DNA from: Octopus vulgaris
Lineage: Eukaryota
Length of the DNA: 64,000 nt
Direction: 5' to 3'
Assembly: GCA_951406725.2 (NCBI GenBank)
Contig: OX597831.1
Span: forward strand, 82,894,001 to 82,958,000
Part shown: positions 1 to 13,155 of the stretch, piece after piece
Layout of the letters: each line of letters opens with the position of its first letter
How positions within the stretch are numbered: position 1 is the first letter of the stretch
Notes under the pieces: model-generated
Database searches by the model: none
What the model saw: only the letters and a program-made list of their open reading frames with translations
Told to the model about the DNA's origin: nothing
Made by a program: the position numbers and the translations under genes

Positions 1-17
1 TGCCTCAGGAAAAAGAG

Positions 18-260
18 ATGGCTTGCCCCTCACAAAAGCACAGTAATTCCATTTCATCTGCAGAGCTTCCAGACTCTTGCAGGAAGAAAGAAGTACTCAA
101 TATTGCTAAGAAGGTGTCTGGTTCCTGTTCTGACCTCAACAGGAATTCATTTTGCTTGGAAGACAACAAGTGCAGCAAACAGTTTCCAAAACTATTTGTC
201 AAGAAAAACCAAACATGTGATAATGACCAAACCTCTTACTAAAAGAAGAGAATCAGGAGA
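18..260 (+). mobile_element. Degenerate Helitron Rep-domain fragment
   Basis: ISSAELPD...GSCSDLNRNSFCLEDNKCSKQFPKLF...SY* resembles the Helitron Rep segment ISAELPD...HGPCG..NPNSPCM.DGKCSK.FPK.F...YRRR. Confidence 0.65.
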
Positions 261-789
261 TTCCAAAGTTTGGTTGGATGGCAGAGGAATAATTCTATAC
301 TGGACAGTCGAGACCTTTAATGCACAGACATTCATTTTGAAACCTGCAGTCCATTAGCATTCACTAAATATCACCAAAAAGATAAAACATAGCAGGAATG
401 TTTGTTTTGGAACTACAAAATGGTTTCAATGAAGGAATCCCCTTCCAGCCTGGACAACTCTGCCCCGACAGGGACAATGTCTTCTGCTGCTTTTGGGGGT
501 TATTTATTTCATCTTCCATCAATTTTGGAAACGGTGAATAAGTTAGGATGGTGTTAGAAGGGGCAACCATCCAAGCAAAAAAACATATGAGTGAGATGTG
601 GTCCTTTGATCTGTCTAAGAGGGCAATAAACTCTGAATAGCAAGTGATTCAGACCATAGCGACCCACCCAACCTGTGCCAGCAGGGAGGGCAGATGCAAA
701 ATGATGTAAACTTACACACACACACACACACACTAACATACATATATATATATATATATATATACACATACACACACACACACACACTA

Positions 790-828
<39 letters not shown>

Positions 829-2509
829 GACACACACACACACTAACATACATATATATATATGCACTCACACACACACGCATATATTCAGCAAAGAAAA
901 TTGAAAAGAAATATTGGCACAGTGCCACCATGGGCAAAGGTGTCAGGTGTTTAATGAAATGCATAGTTGCAGAGTAAGTAAAGTGGCAGAGCCATAATGA
1001 TTTTGCAAGGCGGAGGAAGTGGGGGGGGGGGGTGGGGGTGAGGGAATGTTCTCCTGATCTTATGATAGGACAACTGCCAATAGGCAATTGATCACAACAA
1101 CAACAACATTGAAATACTGAAAGATACGACAATGTTTTATCATGAAAGGCATTCAGTTTGGATGTTGTGATGTAGGACATACTAGTTTGCTTCTATAAGT
1201 AGGTAGTAGTAGTAGTAGTAGTAGGAGTGGTGGTGGTGGTGGTGGTGGTGGTGGTGGTGGGGATGAAGGCAATAACCACATCAATGCTGCTCATAATGAT
1301 GATGATGATGATGTAGAATTATAAAAACTATGATAAGAATGTTAAATGTTAATGTGTAAAATAATCATCATTATCATAACCACCATCACTTTGGCAATAG
1401 TGATGACGATGATGACGATGATGATTGTGATGGTAAGGATATCAAAGCCACGGATGATAAAAATAACATCAATCTTTTTTATGTATATCATAAAATATAA
1501 AACGGTCATTTGAATAAAGTTGTTGTTGTTGGGAAGTGTGAGAGACCGATATTGTTTGTACGTAATAAGAATGCCAATAAAGACTGGACAAATATTTATT
1601 TTCAATTGGAAAGTCACAAAAGAAGAGTTCTGATTGTCATTAATGGAAATATTGGTGACAGAAATGAAACGTTTGCTTGTTTTAAACCCAAACTCAATGT
1701 CAACAGAAAATTAATTTGGAGACAGAAGATAAAAACGAACTCAAATTACACATTTGACACCAAAACAATATTTTAACTCATTTTTAAGTGTTTGATAACG
1801 AAATATTTGGAGGGGGGGGTTCATGTTTGTGGACATGTTTATTGTGTATAAAATGATGCAATTTTATTTCATTTTCTCTTCAATAACTTATTGTTTCCAA
1901 ATCTCAACAGAGAAATAATATTCGGGAAATAAAGACTAAAAACTGCAATTTTGAAGCAAATGTTTACACAAATAGATGCACAAGTTGCATATGTTTGTGC
2001 AATAGATGCACATATACATAGCTGTTTGCACAACAGCCATACATATAGTCACATGGCAAGTTCTCATATTCTTCTGCTTTAACCGGTTCCAGTCACTGAA
2101 TTCTGGCCATCCTGGAGTACCAGTTTCAAAGAATTAAGCCTGATCATTTCATATATATATACATACATGTGTGTGTGTGTTTGTATGTATCTATGTACGT
2201 ATGATGGAATGTGTGTGTGTATATATATATATATAATGAATAAATAAATATGCATGTGTGTGTGTCTATGTACATACACACACACGTATGTGTACACACA
2301 TATATATATATACATATATATAGCTTTTCACTTTCATCCTCAATGCATGTGTTGGCTTTCTCGTTGGTAATGTTCTTTCCTATATATATATGCATAAATG
2401 TAGTTCTTTTCCCAAATAAATTGCATTTCTTATATGAGTTCACTGCATCGTGCAGCAGAAACAGCTGTAAGGCAATAAAGTTCAAACGATAATCATTTAT
2501 TTCATCTTC

Positions 2510-2543
<34 letters not shown>

Positions 2544-2629
2544 ATGTATATGTATGTATGTGTGCATTATATATATGCATATATATATTTCATAAGTGTA
2601 TACCTGTATATATATATATATATATATTT

Positions 2630-3235
2630 CAGGATCTCAATTCTGTTGTGGTGAGTGAGTCTTCTCAAGTACAGCAATGATGCAAGGTGACAGAGGACTG
2701 AGATATGTGGCACATTGATGTACTTGAGAAGACGCACCCAGCACAACAGAATTGAGACCCCATAGCAAAGGTGCCATGCAAAAAGCACCTGTGATGGTGC
2801 CATATGAAAACTATCCGGTACACACCATGGAGTGATTAGCATTAGGAAAGGCATCCAGCCATAGAAACCAAACCGAAACAGACAATGGAACCCCCTTGTG
2901 TGAGCCCTCGCCTTACCACTTGCTGTCGAGCTATCCAACCCATGCCAGCATGGAAAACGGATTTGAAATGAGGATCATAGTATATATGTGTATGAGTAAG
3001 TGTGTGCAAATTGGCACCCATGCCGGTGGCATGTAAATGCACCCCAGTGTCACGCAAATGGCACCCGTGCCAGTGACACGTATAAGCACCTATTACATTC
3101 TCAGAGTGGTTGGCATTAGGGAGGGCATCCAGCTTTAGAAATCCATACCAAATCAGACTCTGGAGTCTGGTGCAGCCTTCCAGCTTACCAGTCCAGCCAG
3201 CCATCCAACCCATGCCAGCATGGACAACGATCATG
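2630..3235 (+). mobile_element. Two tandem 3'-end fragments of the RTE-clade LINE family
   Basis: Each carries ggcattagg(a/g)aggcatccagc and ends ccaacccatgccagcatgg plus a degenerate GAT tail, the same 3' end as the ORF-bearing copies at 51.2-54.6 and 56.1-57.2 kb. Confidence 0.75.
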
Positions 3236-3243
3236 TATGTATG

Positions 3244-3389
3244 TATTTGTGAATTAAGGCTACCATTGGTTTCATGTTAGGAAAAGTAAGAAAATATTCT
3301 AGTGTCTTAACAATTTTTTAAACCAATGGAGAAAGGTGTTCACCTACTTTTCTTAACATGAAACCAATGGTAGCCTAAATTCACAAATA
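3244..3389. repeat. Inverted repeat / MITE-like foldback with ~45-bp arms
   Basis: tatttgtgaattaaggctaccattggtttcatgttaggaaaagta (3244-3288) is the reverse complement of 3345-3389 with 2 mismatches. Confidence 0.8.
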
Positions 3390-3984
3390 AGGAAACTATA
3401 TCCAACGATGCAGTGTTCAGGACTCATTTTCATCATTCATCATTTATGTATACATATATATCTGTGTGTGTGTGTATATATATATATAAATAAGTAAAAG
3501 AGAAAGATGAAAAATTGGGCCTCGCGGAGGTGATGACAAGTGACCAAAACCTCTGCTGTGTGTGGGAAGACTGATGAGGCCAAATGAAATTGTAGTTGTG
3601 GTTGTGCCATTGTCTTGTAAATGGTACCCATGGAATCATAGTCTTGGTGATCGCTGATGCCATGTCAGTGGCACCTGAGAGATCGGTAGAAACAACTGGA
3701 ATTTATATTTTAGGTTGGTATTCTAAACGTTTTTGATTTGAATTTTATTTCCTTCCCAATGGAACTCTCATAAAATACTGTATATAGTCATAACAATGTA
3801 TTATACTTGACATCCTTACATAGATTGGTAAACATATTTACCGAATGTCACATTACACACACAAGCGAATAAAAGAGAAAATTGTATTGAACTGGTATTA
3901 TAAGGTATATAGATTTTTTCCAACCATATATATCCACATATCATATGCATACCCAGCATATATACACTTAGCATATATATACAT

Positions 3985-4240
3985 ATCATCATCATCGTTT
4001 AATGTCTGCTTTCCATGCTGGCATGGGTTGGACGATTTGACTGAGGTCCGGTGAGCCAGAAGGCTGCACCAGACTCCAATCTGATCTGGCAGAGTTTCTA
4101 CAGCTGGATGCCCTCCCACTCTGAGAGTGTAGTGGAGCTTTTTACGTGCCACCTGCACGAGGGTCAGTCAAGCGGTACTGGCATCAGCCACACTCAAATG
4201 GTGCCTTTTATGTGCCACCTATACAGGAGTCTGGCAGCAC
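3985..4240 (-). mobile_element. RTE-family 3'-end fragment
   Basis: (cat)n tail, ccatgctggcatgggttgga, cagctggatgccct and ttttacgtgccac units. Confidence 0.8.
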
Positions 4241-4277
<37 letters not shown>

Positions 4278-4283
4278 ATATAC

Positions 4284-4317
<34 letters not shown>

Positions 4318-6444
4318 ACACACACTTATCAATCCAGTAGATTTGAAAATATATTTAGTCAGTGACAAACAAAAGAGGAGCAAATCCCGAGGCCGGCCGA
4401 CAGAACCAAACAGTTTTAATGAATCTAAGGGAGGTAATAAAATATATGAGAGTTATATTTCTTGAATAAGTTTCAACATAACAGCTTCGTTGTAAATAAA
4501 GATAATATTCTACAGAGGGGAGTTGTTATCATTGATTAAAAAAATATATATGTGGACAACCTTTAACTCCATAGAATACACTTGGTTCCCCAACTGAGAT
4601 AATAAACTCAGCAAAAAGTACTTCAGCTCCCAACGAAATTGCCCAAATTCTTTCACAACTAAATATCATTACCATTAAAAAAGACAAGAAAACTTAAAAA
4701 TTTGGTCTTCATTTCATCTGCCAACACCTGAATCATTGAAAAAATCTGTTTCAACAATGATTTCTTATATAGAAACAAGGTCACAAAGGTCACAAGGTCA
4801 GAAAGCAGGTGGGGCATCCGATTATATTGAACCCAGTATTTGACCTCTAGAAGGATTAACAACAAGGTTGATATCAATGTGATTTGAACTCAGAGCTTTT
4901 ATAGCTAAATATATACACTACATGCCATGTTGTTTAATGTTCCCTACCCTAGAAATTCTTAAAATAAGGACATAAATCTATTATTTCAACAATTCAAAGA
5001 AAATGAGGTTTGTGATGTAAGCACGTGCTAAGTTTTATAAAATTAATTTCTGCTTTCACTAAACTGACTGAATATATATGTAATACAACAGAGCCATCTA
5101 GTGGGGTATATCTGTGGTCACAGCTAAGCTTTTATTATACTTGTCTGGTGCAGCCTCGAGTCAGAGTACCAGTAATACACTGGGGTTTATTAACTCAGCA
5201 TTTCCCTTCAAAATGATTTACCTTCTCTACTGTCAAAAAACCCAGTATAAATGTATTGTTACCATTTTAATTTGAACCCTTGTAATTCCCAAACTTCAGG
5301 GAGCAGTTAAATGAGTTTTGCAAGCTAACTCCTCCTGTCATGTTTGCGAACCACTACAGTGGCCCATTGGTGCCACAATAGCAACCCATCAAAGACCACC
5401 CTTGAGGAGATTACTAAGAATATTCTCTAATGAATAAATACTACTAAATTAGCAGCCATGGTTCAAAAGATATTCTAATTAATCAAGGTAGAGTATTTGT
5501 ATAATGAGTTATATTAATGATGTACAACTTGTATAACGACATAGAATATCATTCGTGTAATGATGATGATTCATATTGAGAAGGATGAGGCCTAGGGGTT
5601 AGGGTGCTGTATGCACAATCAACGGATCATGGGATCATGGTTTCAATTCCTAGACATGTTGGTGCATTGTGTTCTTGAGCAAAACACTTCATTTCATGTT
5701 GTTCTGCAGGTTGGAAGGAAGAATCGTTGGCATATTGGCTGAGGTGCTTTGTGGCACATCTTTCAGCTCTTTACATTGTGAGTTCAAATCCCACCTGCCT
5801 AGAGAAGGCAACAGGAAACCAGTATTCATCCGAAGTCTAGTGACGGAGGGCTGAAGCTCCAGTAATCTGGGCCCACCCAGGTTGTAGAGTGAGGACAGAC
5901 CACCCTCAGACTAGAAGACTAGAGATTCATAGAAACGTTGTTGTCTGAAAGCTGACATCAGCATTTAATGTCTCGTTAATATTGAAGCGAGTCTTTCAAA
6001 GTTTGTTGAGGTCATCCATGGCAGAGATTCAATAGAAAGTTTATTTAGATCTGATCGATTGATGACAGAGATCAATGTCTGTCTACCTCACTCTCCATTC
6101 TCTCTCTCTCTCTCTCTCTACTCCTGCTCCTCCTTCTCCTCTTCATATATTAGTTTCCCCATATCCCCTTACTTACCCACTTATCTATCTTCAAGATGTC
6201 AGTCAGTTCCAATTAATGATTGGGGCGGGGGGGGGGGTCATCAACATCCCCACTATCCCCCTTACCTTCCCACTCTTCTTCTGCCACACTCTTTCTTTCT
6301 CTTTTGCATTCATTTTAAACAATTTTCATAAGATCCACATACACACACACACATATATATAATACACACACACACACATATATATATATAATACACACAC
6401 ACACACATATATATATAATACACACACACACACATATATATATA

Positions 6445-6523
<79 letters not shown>

Positions 6524-6879
6524 ATACACACACACACACATATATATATAATACACACACACACATACAGGTGCACAACATTTATAAATACACAGATATC
6601 TACATACATACACATATATTAATGTACATATACTGACATGATGGTATTTGCTAATTATTTTCTATCCTGCTGCTACATAACTACGATAGATAGAGATGGG
6701 GACCATCTGCAGACCGCGCAGACTGAGCTAAATTACTTCAGTCATTACACAACAGAACACAGTTTGCAAAAAACTGTTATCATCTCTCTGAGTGTTAATT
6801 AAGTAAAACCATTCAGCCCACCACTGTGAATATCATCACCACCCACCCTAGTGCCATCATCGTCATCATCATCATCAGC

Positions 6880-6929
<50 letters not shown>

Positions 6930-7122
6930 CAGCAGCAGGGAGATATCACCCATTGCATTTCGCTTCCCACTTCTCTCATCAACTTTTAGATTTATTTACG
7001 AAAGCCATGAAGCACAATCAGAGCTCTCAACCATAAGATTCTGATATTAAAGAGACATTAATTTAAAGACAGTTCTTTAGATCCAATGCCACAACTGCTG
7101 TTCTTATATAGAATTTACTCAC

Positions 7123-7213
7123 CAGACGACGTAAGTTCATCTTCATAGGTTAACGGAGGATCATGGTAAAACGTTGTCCATTTTGGACTCGACACAGCAG
7201 CCATGACAGCACC
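7123..7213 (-). CDS. CASK: CASK coding exon (91 nt), GAVMAAVSSPKWTTFYHDPPLTYEDELTSS
   Basis: Acceptor ttcccaatttag|GGT, donor G|gtgagt; resembles vertebrate [20 protein letters not shown]...PTSS. Not in the ORF track. Confidence 0.93.
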
Positions 7214-8027
7214 CTAAATTGGGAAATAATTTAACATCTCGTTAATAACCACACAGTTATTTACACAATAATTATTACTTTTGTTTGTCATTTTCACCAG
7301 AAAAGTATCAATGTAACCAGAAGGAGCATATCGTTCATTTACAGCTCTTAATGTCCCCACACAGAGGTGAACTTTGCCTTTCATCCACCCTGGGTCAATA
7401 ATACAAAATACCAGTCAACTACTGGGGTTGACTTATTCAACTATACACTCTAACTCCTCGGCAGTATTCTAGACTTTGTCCCTACATCAGTGGCAATACT
7501 GCAACCAAGATCATGAAATCCAAAGACAGTTATTGGCCAGGAATGGTGTAGCACCAAACCAGATTCTTCACAGTATTTCAGGAATCTTTGTTTCACCCAC
7601 CCCACCCACCCCTACAAAAAATTATTTTCTTTCATCCTTGCAATAAAATAAAACTTATATTTCCAACCTTGCTTCAGTTCCTTATATTCTAGAGAAATTG
7701 GAATCTTAGAGGAAAGAAATCCATCTCCAAACCAGGAAGTAGGGAATCGTGTAACACAAGGCTGTAATTCTACAGTCAGGTTTCAATTCCTCGTTGAAGT
7801 CTGTTCACTGTATTTCTTGTGCAAGACACATTAAGTATTTTGGGAGGAGATTCAAAATAGTTCCAACCATTTTCTTCTTTGATACTTTTGAGTAAATTTC
7901 TAATTAAAAGCTTTAAACCATTTTCAGGGTAATTAAAGTAAAATTATCCTAATCAGTTAATGGTATCTAAAGCTAGAGACAGGTGAGATAATCTTAGATA
8001 CAGAGAATGAGTGGATCAGGTTTGAAT

Positions 8028-8470
8028 CATCATCATCATCAACATCGTTTAACGTCCGTTTTCCATGCTAGCATGGGTTGGACAGTTCAACCAGGATCTG
8101 GGAAACCAGGAGGCAGCACCAGGCTCCAGTCTGATCTGGCAGTGTTTTCTACAGCTGGATGCCCTTTCTAACGCCAACCACTCCGGGAATGTAGTGGGTG
8201 CTTTTTACGTGCCACCGGCACAGGTGCCAGGGGAGGCTGGCAGCGGCCATGATTGGTTGGTGTATTTTACGTGCCCCTGGCACAGAAGCCAGTCAAGGCA
8301 GCGCTGGCATCGGCCACGCTCGGATGGTGCTTTTTACGTGCCACCACCACAGGTAACACAACTACAATTTCCATTTGATATTTATTTTGATGTTGATGTA
8401 CTTGACTCAGTAGGTCTCCTCAAGCACAGCAGGTCGCGTGTCACCGGCACAGAAGCCAGTCAAGGCTTGA
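8028..8470 (-). mobile_element. RTE-family 3'-end fragment with internal ~60-bp repeats
   Basis: (cat)n tail, cgtttaacgtccgttttccatgctagcatgg, then three ttttacgtgcc units. Confidence 0.85.
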
Positions 8471-8623
8471 ATGAGGGATTAAAGCCAGTGAACTCGTCCA
8501 GTTGTAACTGTGTGATCAATAGATACACATCAACAGATACCACACACACACTCTCCCTTCCTCTCTCTCTCTCTCTCTCTCTCTCACATGCGCACAGTTG
8601 CCATAAGATGATCTGGAACTTAC

Positions 8624-8695
8624 TTTTAACTTCCTCCGAGCATTGAATTTTTTCATTTCATCCACCGTTTCTTGGAGATGAATTTTAGTTTTTTC
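8624..8695 (-). CDS. CASK: CASK coding exon (72 nt), [24 protein letters not shown], autoinhibitory/CaM-binding-like segment
   Basis: Acceptor attttccag|GAA, donor AAA|gtaagt; FNARRKLK motif; phase 0-0. Confidence 0.94.
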
Positions 8696-9509
8696 CTGGA
8701 AAATGTGGAAAATTGAAAACATTGTTTGATTACATTGTATTTGGTAAATAAATATATTGAAAAGATTGTCTTAAATAAATTTATGAAAGATTTCTATGAA
8801 AATACATTGAAAACATTGATAAAAGAAAAGCACTTAACTATCATTTCGAAATAAAGCAAGAAAATAATGGTTCTATGCCATTTAGTGTGTGGGGGGGGGA
8901 CTAGTGAATATTGATCTAACAACAGAATTTTAATAATAATAATGAAAAAAAAGAAAATTAATTTAATAGGTATTTTGAAAATTCAAAATGAATTTCAGAA
9001 AACATGTAAGAAGAATAGCATAAGTTGTGGAAAGAAAGCAAAACAGAAAAGAGACAGAAAGAAAATGAAGAATTTGTTGGAAAATTGAAAAATAAAGTTT
9101 AACATTTATCTCCAGGAATAAACCTAAATGGAAAAGAAAAAGGTTGGTTGTCTGCAGAATATTTTGTTGGTCGTATATAGATGGGGAGTGTATATATCTG
9201 TGTGCAAGGAATACATGTCTGTACTAGGCTTGTTTATTACATATTTTCTACACCATAAACTTTTTAAACTGTTATGTAAACAAATGACATTGATTTTAGA
9301 GGACAAGAGTACCTGATATGTACTCAGCACATTCGATTTCAATAATTAAACTACAAAAAAGTACATTCAAAGTGATTTATTAAATCCCATTCCAGTAACA
9401 AGAATAAATGGCAGATAAAAAGAGAAACTATTTGATTCCTTATGTTACAGAATGCAGTGAACTTATCACAGAACTGAATGGTGCCTTACTTTCTACAATA
9501 TCAGCAGAT

Positions 9510-10203
9510 ATTGATTGTAGTAAACGTAATGCTCTGCGCCGTGGGGACCAAAGACTTGAGGTATTTCGTGTTACAAGACAGTGTGTGAGAGAGAATCGTG
9601 ATGTCGTAGGAGAGAAATTGTCCGCACGGATGATGGTTATGAGTACCTCTCTTTCATTGGACAATGAACTTTGCTTGTGAAGACCTATTAAGGCAAGTGT
9701 AAACAAACCAAAATCACTGATGTGGCCAATGACAGTGCCGCCTGATTGGCACTCATGCCAGTGGAATGTTAAAAGCACATCCGAGCGTGACCGTTGCCAG
9801 GGCCACGGATTGGCTCCCATGCTGGTGACACATGGAAAGCACCATTTGAGCATGATCGTAGCCAGCATTGCCTTACTGGCACATGTGCCAGTGGCACGTG
9901 AAAAACAACATTCGAGCGTGGTCATTGCCAGTGCCGCCGGACTGGCTCTTGTGCAGGTAGTACGTAAAAACAACTTTTGAGCATGAGCGTGGTCATTGCC
10001 AGAACTGCCTGATTGGCCCTCATGCCGGTGGCATGTAAAAAGCACCCACTACACTCTTGGAGTGGTTGGCATTAGGAAGGGCATCAAGCTGTAGAAACTT
10101 TGCCAGACCAGATTGAACCTGGTGCAGCCTCTGGCTCACCAGTCCTCAGTCAAACCATCCAAACCATGCCAGTATGGAAAGCGGACGTTAAACGTTGATG
10201 ATA
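9510..10203 (+). mobile_element. Internally deleted RTE LINE: short ORF2 piece joined to the 3' UTR
   Basis: DQRLEVFRVTRQCVRENRDVVGEK is homologous to MRENCDVIGEK in the 53.5-kb copy. It is followed directly by the 3' repeat array and tail. Confidence 0.75.
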
Positions 10204-11140
10204 TAAATGAAAGATTAAATTAAAATGTCCAAAACTTTGACCCTCAAACCCATCCAACAGAATTCAAGGTTAAGCTTGGAGATATGGAATATATTTCTGG
10301 ATCTACTAAACTGATCAACAACATTTATTTTCATTCTTTCTTGACCTAAGCAGTTCTGGTAACCTTTTCTGATGGCTAAAAGAGTGGGGTTAATTGACCA
10401 CCCAGAAACAACAGCCAATTTCTTTCTAACTATTTTAGAAAAGAACACATTAGTTGTAGCCTTGAATCCCTTTTACATTGGAGAGAGGCAGGATGGTCAC
10501 ATTTGGAATGACTTCATTTATAAATCCGATTATGATTAAAACTGTACCACAAACATTTTCTGACGAAACAATTGTTATGGCCTCTACCACTTAACACAGC
10601 CTGTACTAGTTATTACAGCTTGTAATTCTAGTTACTATAGCCTCTACCACTACTTACCATAACCAGAACTCTTAGTTATCCCAAACTATACAAGAATCCC
10701 CAATCCCGCATGCAAAGTTCTCTATTCTTCACAAACTGCCAAGTTCCACTCGTCGCAGTTAGATTTCTTTCTCACACCATTTCCTTCCAGACTTTATAAA
10801 TCTTTATTTCAATCATTTAAATAAAGAGAAAAAGTTGTAGTTTGCCAGTTTGGGAAGTCAATCCTGCTTTACAGAAACTAAACTACAAGAATATATTTAA
10901 AGCTAACATTAGATTCTGAATTATAAAAATGTCCAGTTACGAAAATGATTGATTATTAACTGTTGAATTTCAATATCAGCAAAGCTTCTCACCCCCCACC
11001 ACTTCTCCCTCCCTTCTTCTTCCTTAATCTTTCCTCATGGATAAACTCTGTCCACCAAAGCCAATGGTTAAGCTGTCATTTATTTTACTTATACAACTTA
11101 TTGACATCATCTCCAAACAACCCCTCCAACACCTGTCACC

Positions 11141-11179
<39 letters not shown>

Positions 11180-11363
11180 TGTACATGTTTTCTCCAATAA
11201 GCCCACACTTCATACAATACACACCCATCTATCAAACACACACACACACTTGAAAGGATTAAGTCTCAGAAATTCAAATGAAAAACTAAAAGCTAAAAAT
11301 ATCCACAGCTTTTATGAAATTTATCTTATTTCATGTTCTCTTCAGCTGGAATAACCACAACAG

Positions 11364-11395
<32 letters not shown>

Positions 11396-12034
11396 ATTAT
11401 TCCATTTAATATTTCACCAACAGACAAGAATCGATGCCATCTGATGTGAATCACCTTTGTTTTCGCTGGTGGAAGTTGGGTAACCAAGGGACTTGCTCAA
11501 ACGATGCATTTATGACATAAGTTGGAGTGGCAGGGGTGGAGTGCCTCGGAGAGCAATAGAGCTGATGTGATCCTCATAACACAGGCATCATGATGGAAGA
11601 GAGAGTTGCATGTTAACTGAGAGAGAGAGAGAGAGAGAAGCCAGTGGTGAGGTCATGAAGGATGGAATGGTGTATGGAAGAGGAGGGAGAGGAGGGACAA
11701 TGATGAGTTCTTGAAGAGGCAAGAATGGCAGCAGACAGGGATTTAGTAACATGATGAGTGAAAGGGCCAGAAGGAGGGAGAGATATCCCAGTCATCATCA
11801 CTAGGCCTAGAACTGCTACTATATCAGCATTGATAAATCAAGTACCAGTCATGTACTGGCGGATAGGTGGTTCTTGTTTGTCTTTCTCTCCTGAAAGGAA
11901 TTAGCCATGGTCAGACCTGAGGAAGTATGAGCTTTGCCAGGTCTAAAAGTGTATGTTGTGGCATTGCCTCTCCTTCAACAGATTAAGCACCCAAGGAATG
12001 TCATAACATTATTTACAATTCAATTATCTTTTAA

Positions 12035-12458
12035 CTGGCACCTGGCAGTTGCCAGGACCCCTGGACTGGTGGTACGTAAAAACCACTATCTAAATCGTGG
12101 CCGATGCCAGCCCCGCCTCGACTGGCTTCCGTGCTGGTGGCACGTAAAAAGCACCACCCGAATCGTGGCCGATGCCAGTGCCGCCTCGACTGGCTTCCAT
12201 TCCGGTGGCACGTAAAATGCACCAATCGGACCGTGGCCGTTGCCAGCCTCGCCTGGCACCAGTGCGGGTGGCACGTGAAAAGCACCCACTACACTCACAG
12301 AGTGGTTGGCATTAGGAAGGGCATCCAGCTGTAGAAACACTGCCAGATCAGACTGGAGCCTGGTGCAGCCTCCTGGCTTCCCAGATCCCCGGTTGAACCA
12401 TCCAACTTATGCTAGCATGGAGAACGGATGTTAAACGATGATGATGATGATGATGATG
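12035..12458 (+). mobile_element. Young (CpG-rich) RTE-family 3'-end fragment
   Basis: Four gtgg(c/t)acgt(a/g)aaa units, conserved core, (gat)n tail. Confidence 0.85.
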
Positions 12459-13117
12459 CAAAAAAAAAAGAAGAAAGAAACTGAAAGAATGCACAAACAT
12501 AAACATGAATTTCCAGGTGTTTTCCCAAAACTCCTGTAATTCTTTGTATAAATGCAAAACTATAAACATGTTACTTGTTGGTTTTCTTTGAAATAAACTT
12601 GCTTCTCCAATATTATTTCAACATTCATAAAATAAATGTGAAAAGCATCTTTAACTGATGAGAGTTGAAAACATGGTGAAACTAACAGCCGTAGTGTGAG
12701 CTAGCATGTGAATAAAGTTATATGTTTGTGGCGGTGGGGGGAGCATATCATAATCCCGTTTGTCTCTATCACTCATGCTTCTCATTCAGTCAAGAATGCA
12801 ATGGATGAGTTGAGACGTAGCAGTGTAGGGCGCATTTAATCACAATGAGAATCTGGCTACCTCTTTAGTGCTGGTGCCAAAGAAAAAGGAAACACACCCA
12901 GTCCATTCTTATTTCATGTTCTCTTCAGCTGGAATAACCACAGCAACAACATCAACAACAACAACAATTATTCCATTTAATATTTCACCAACAGACAAGA
13001 ATCGATGCCATTGTTTGGTGTTAGGGAATGGCATCCAGCTATGGGAACCAAGAAAGGGGAGCAGATATGTCTAACCCATGATAACATTGACAGTGGATGT
13101 AAAACAATGATGATATA

Positions 13118-13155
<38 letters not shown>

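Noticed and set aside
6826-7044. Poly-Ser / poly-Ala ORFs
   Set aside because: (CAT)n-(CAG)n microsatellite in the intron next to a CASK exon.
1-7122. Next CASK exon (first L27 domain)
   Set aside because: No segment with a matching translation and splice sites found by eye; probably outside the window, though a very small exon could be missed.
9720-10050. Regularly spaced repeats resembling a CRISPR array
   Set aside because: The whole ~60-bp unit is homologous (no unique spacers), it is the RTE 3' UTR, and the context is eukaryotic with no cas genes.
12650-12700. CTGATGAG...GAAAC, possible second hammerhead
   Set aside because: No convincing stem II or stem I pairing.
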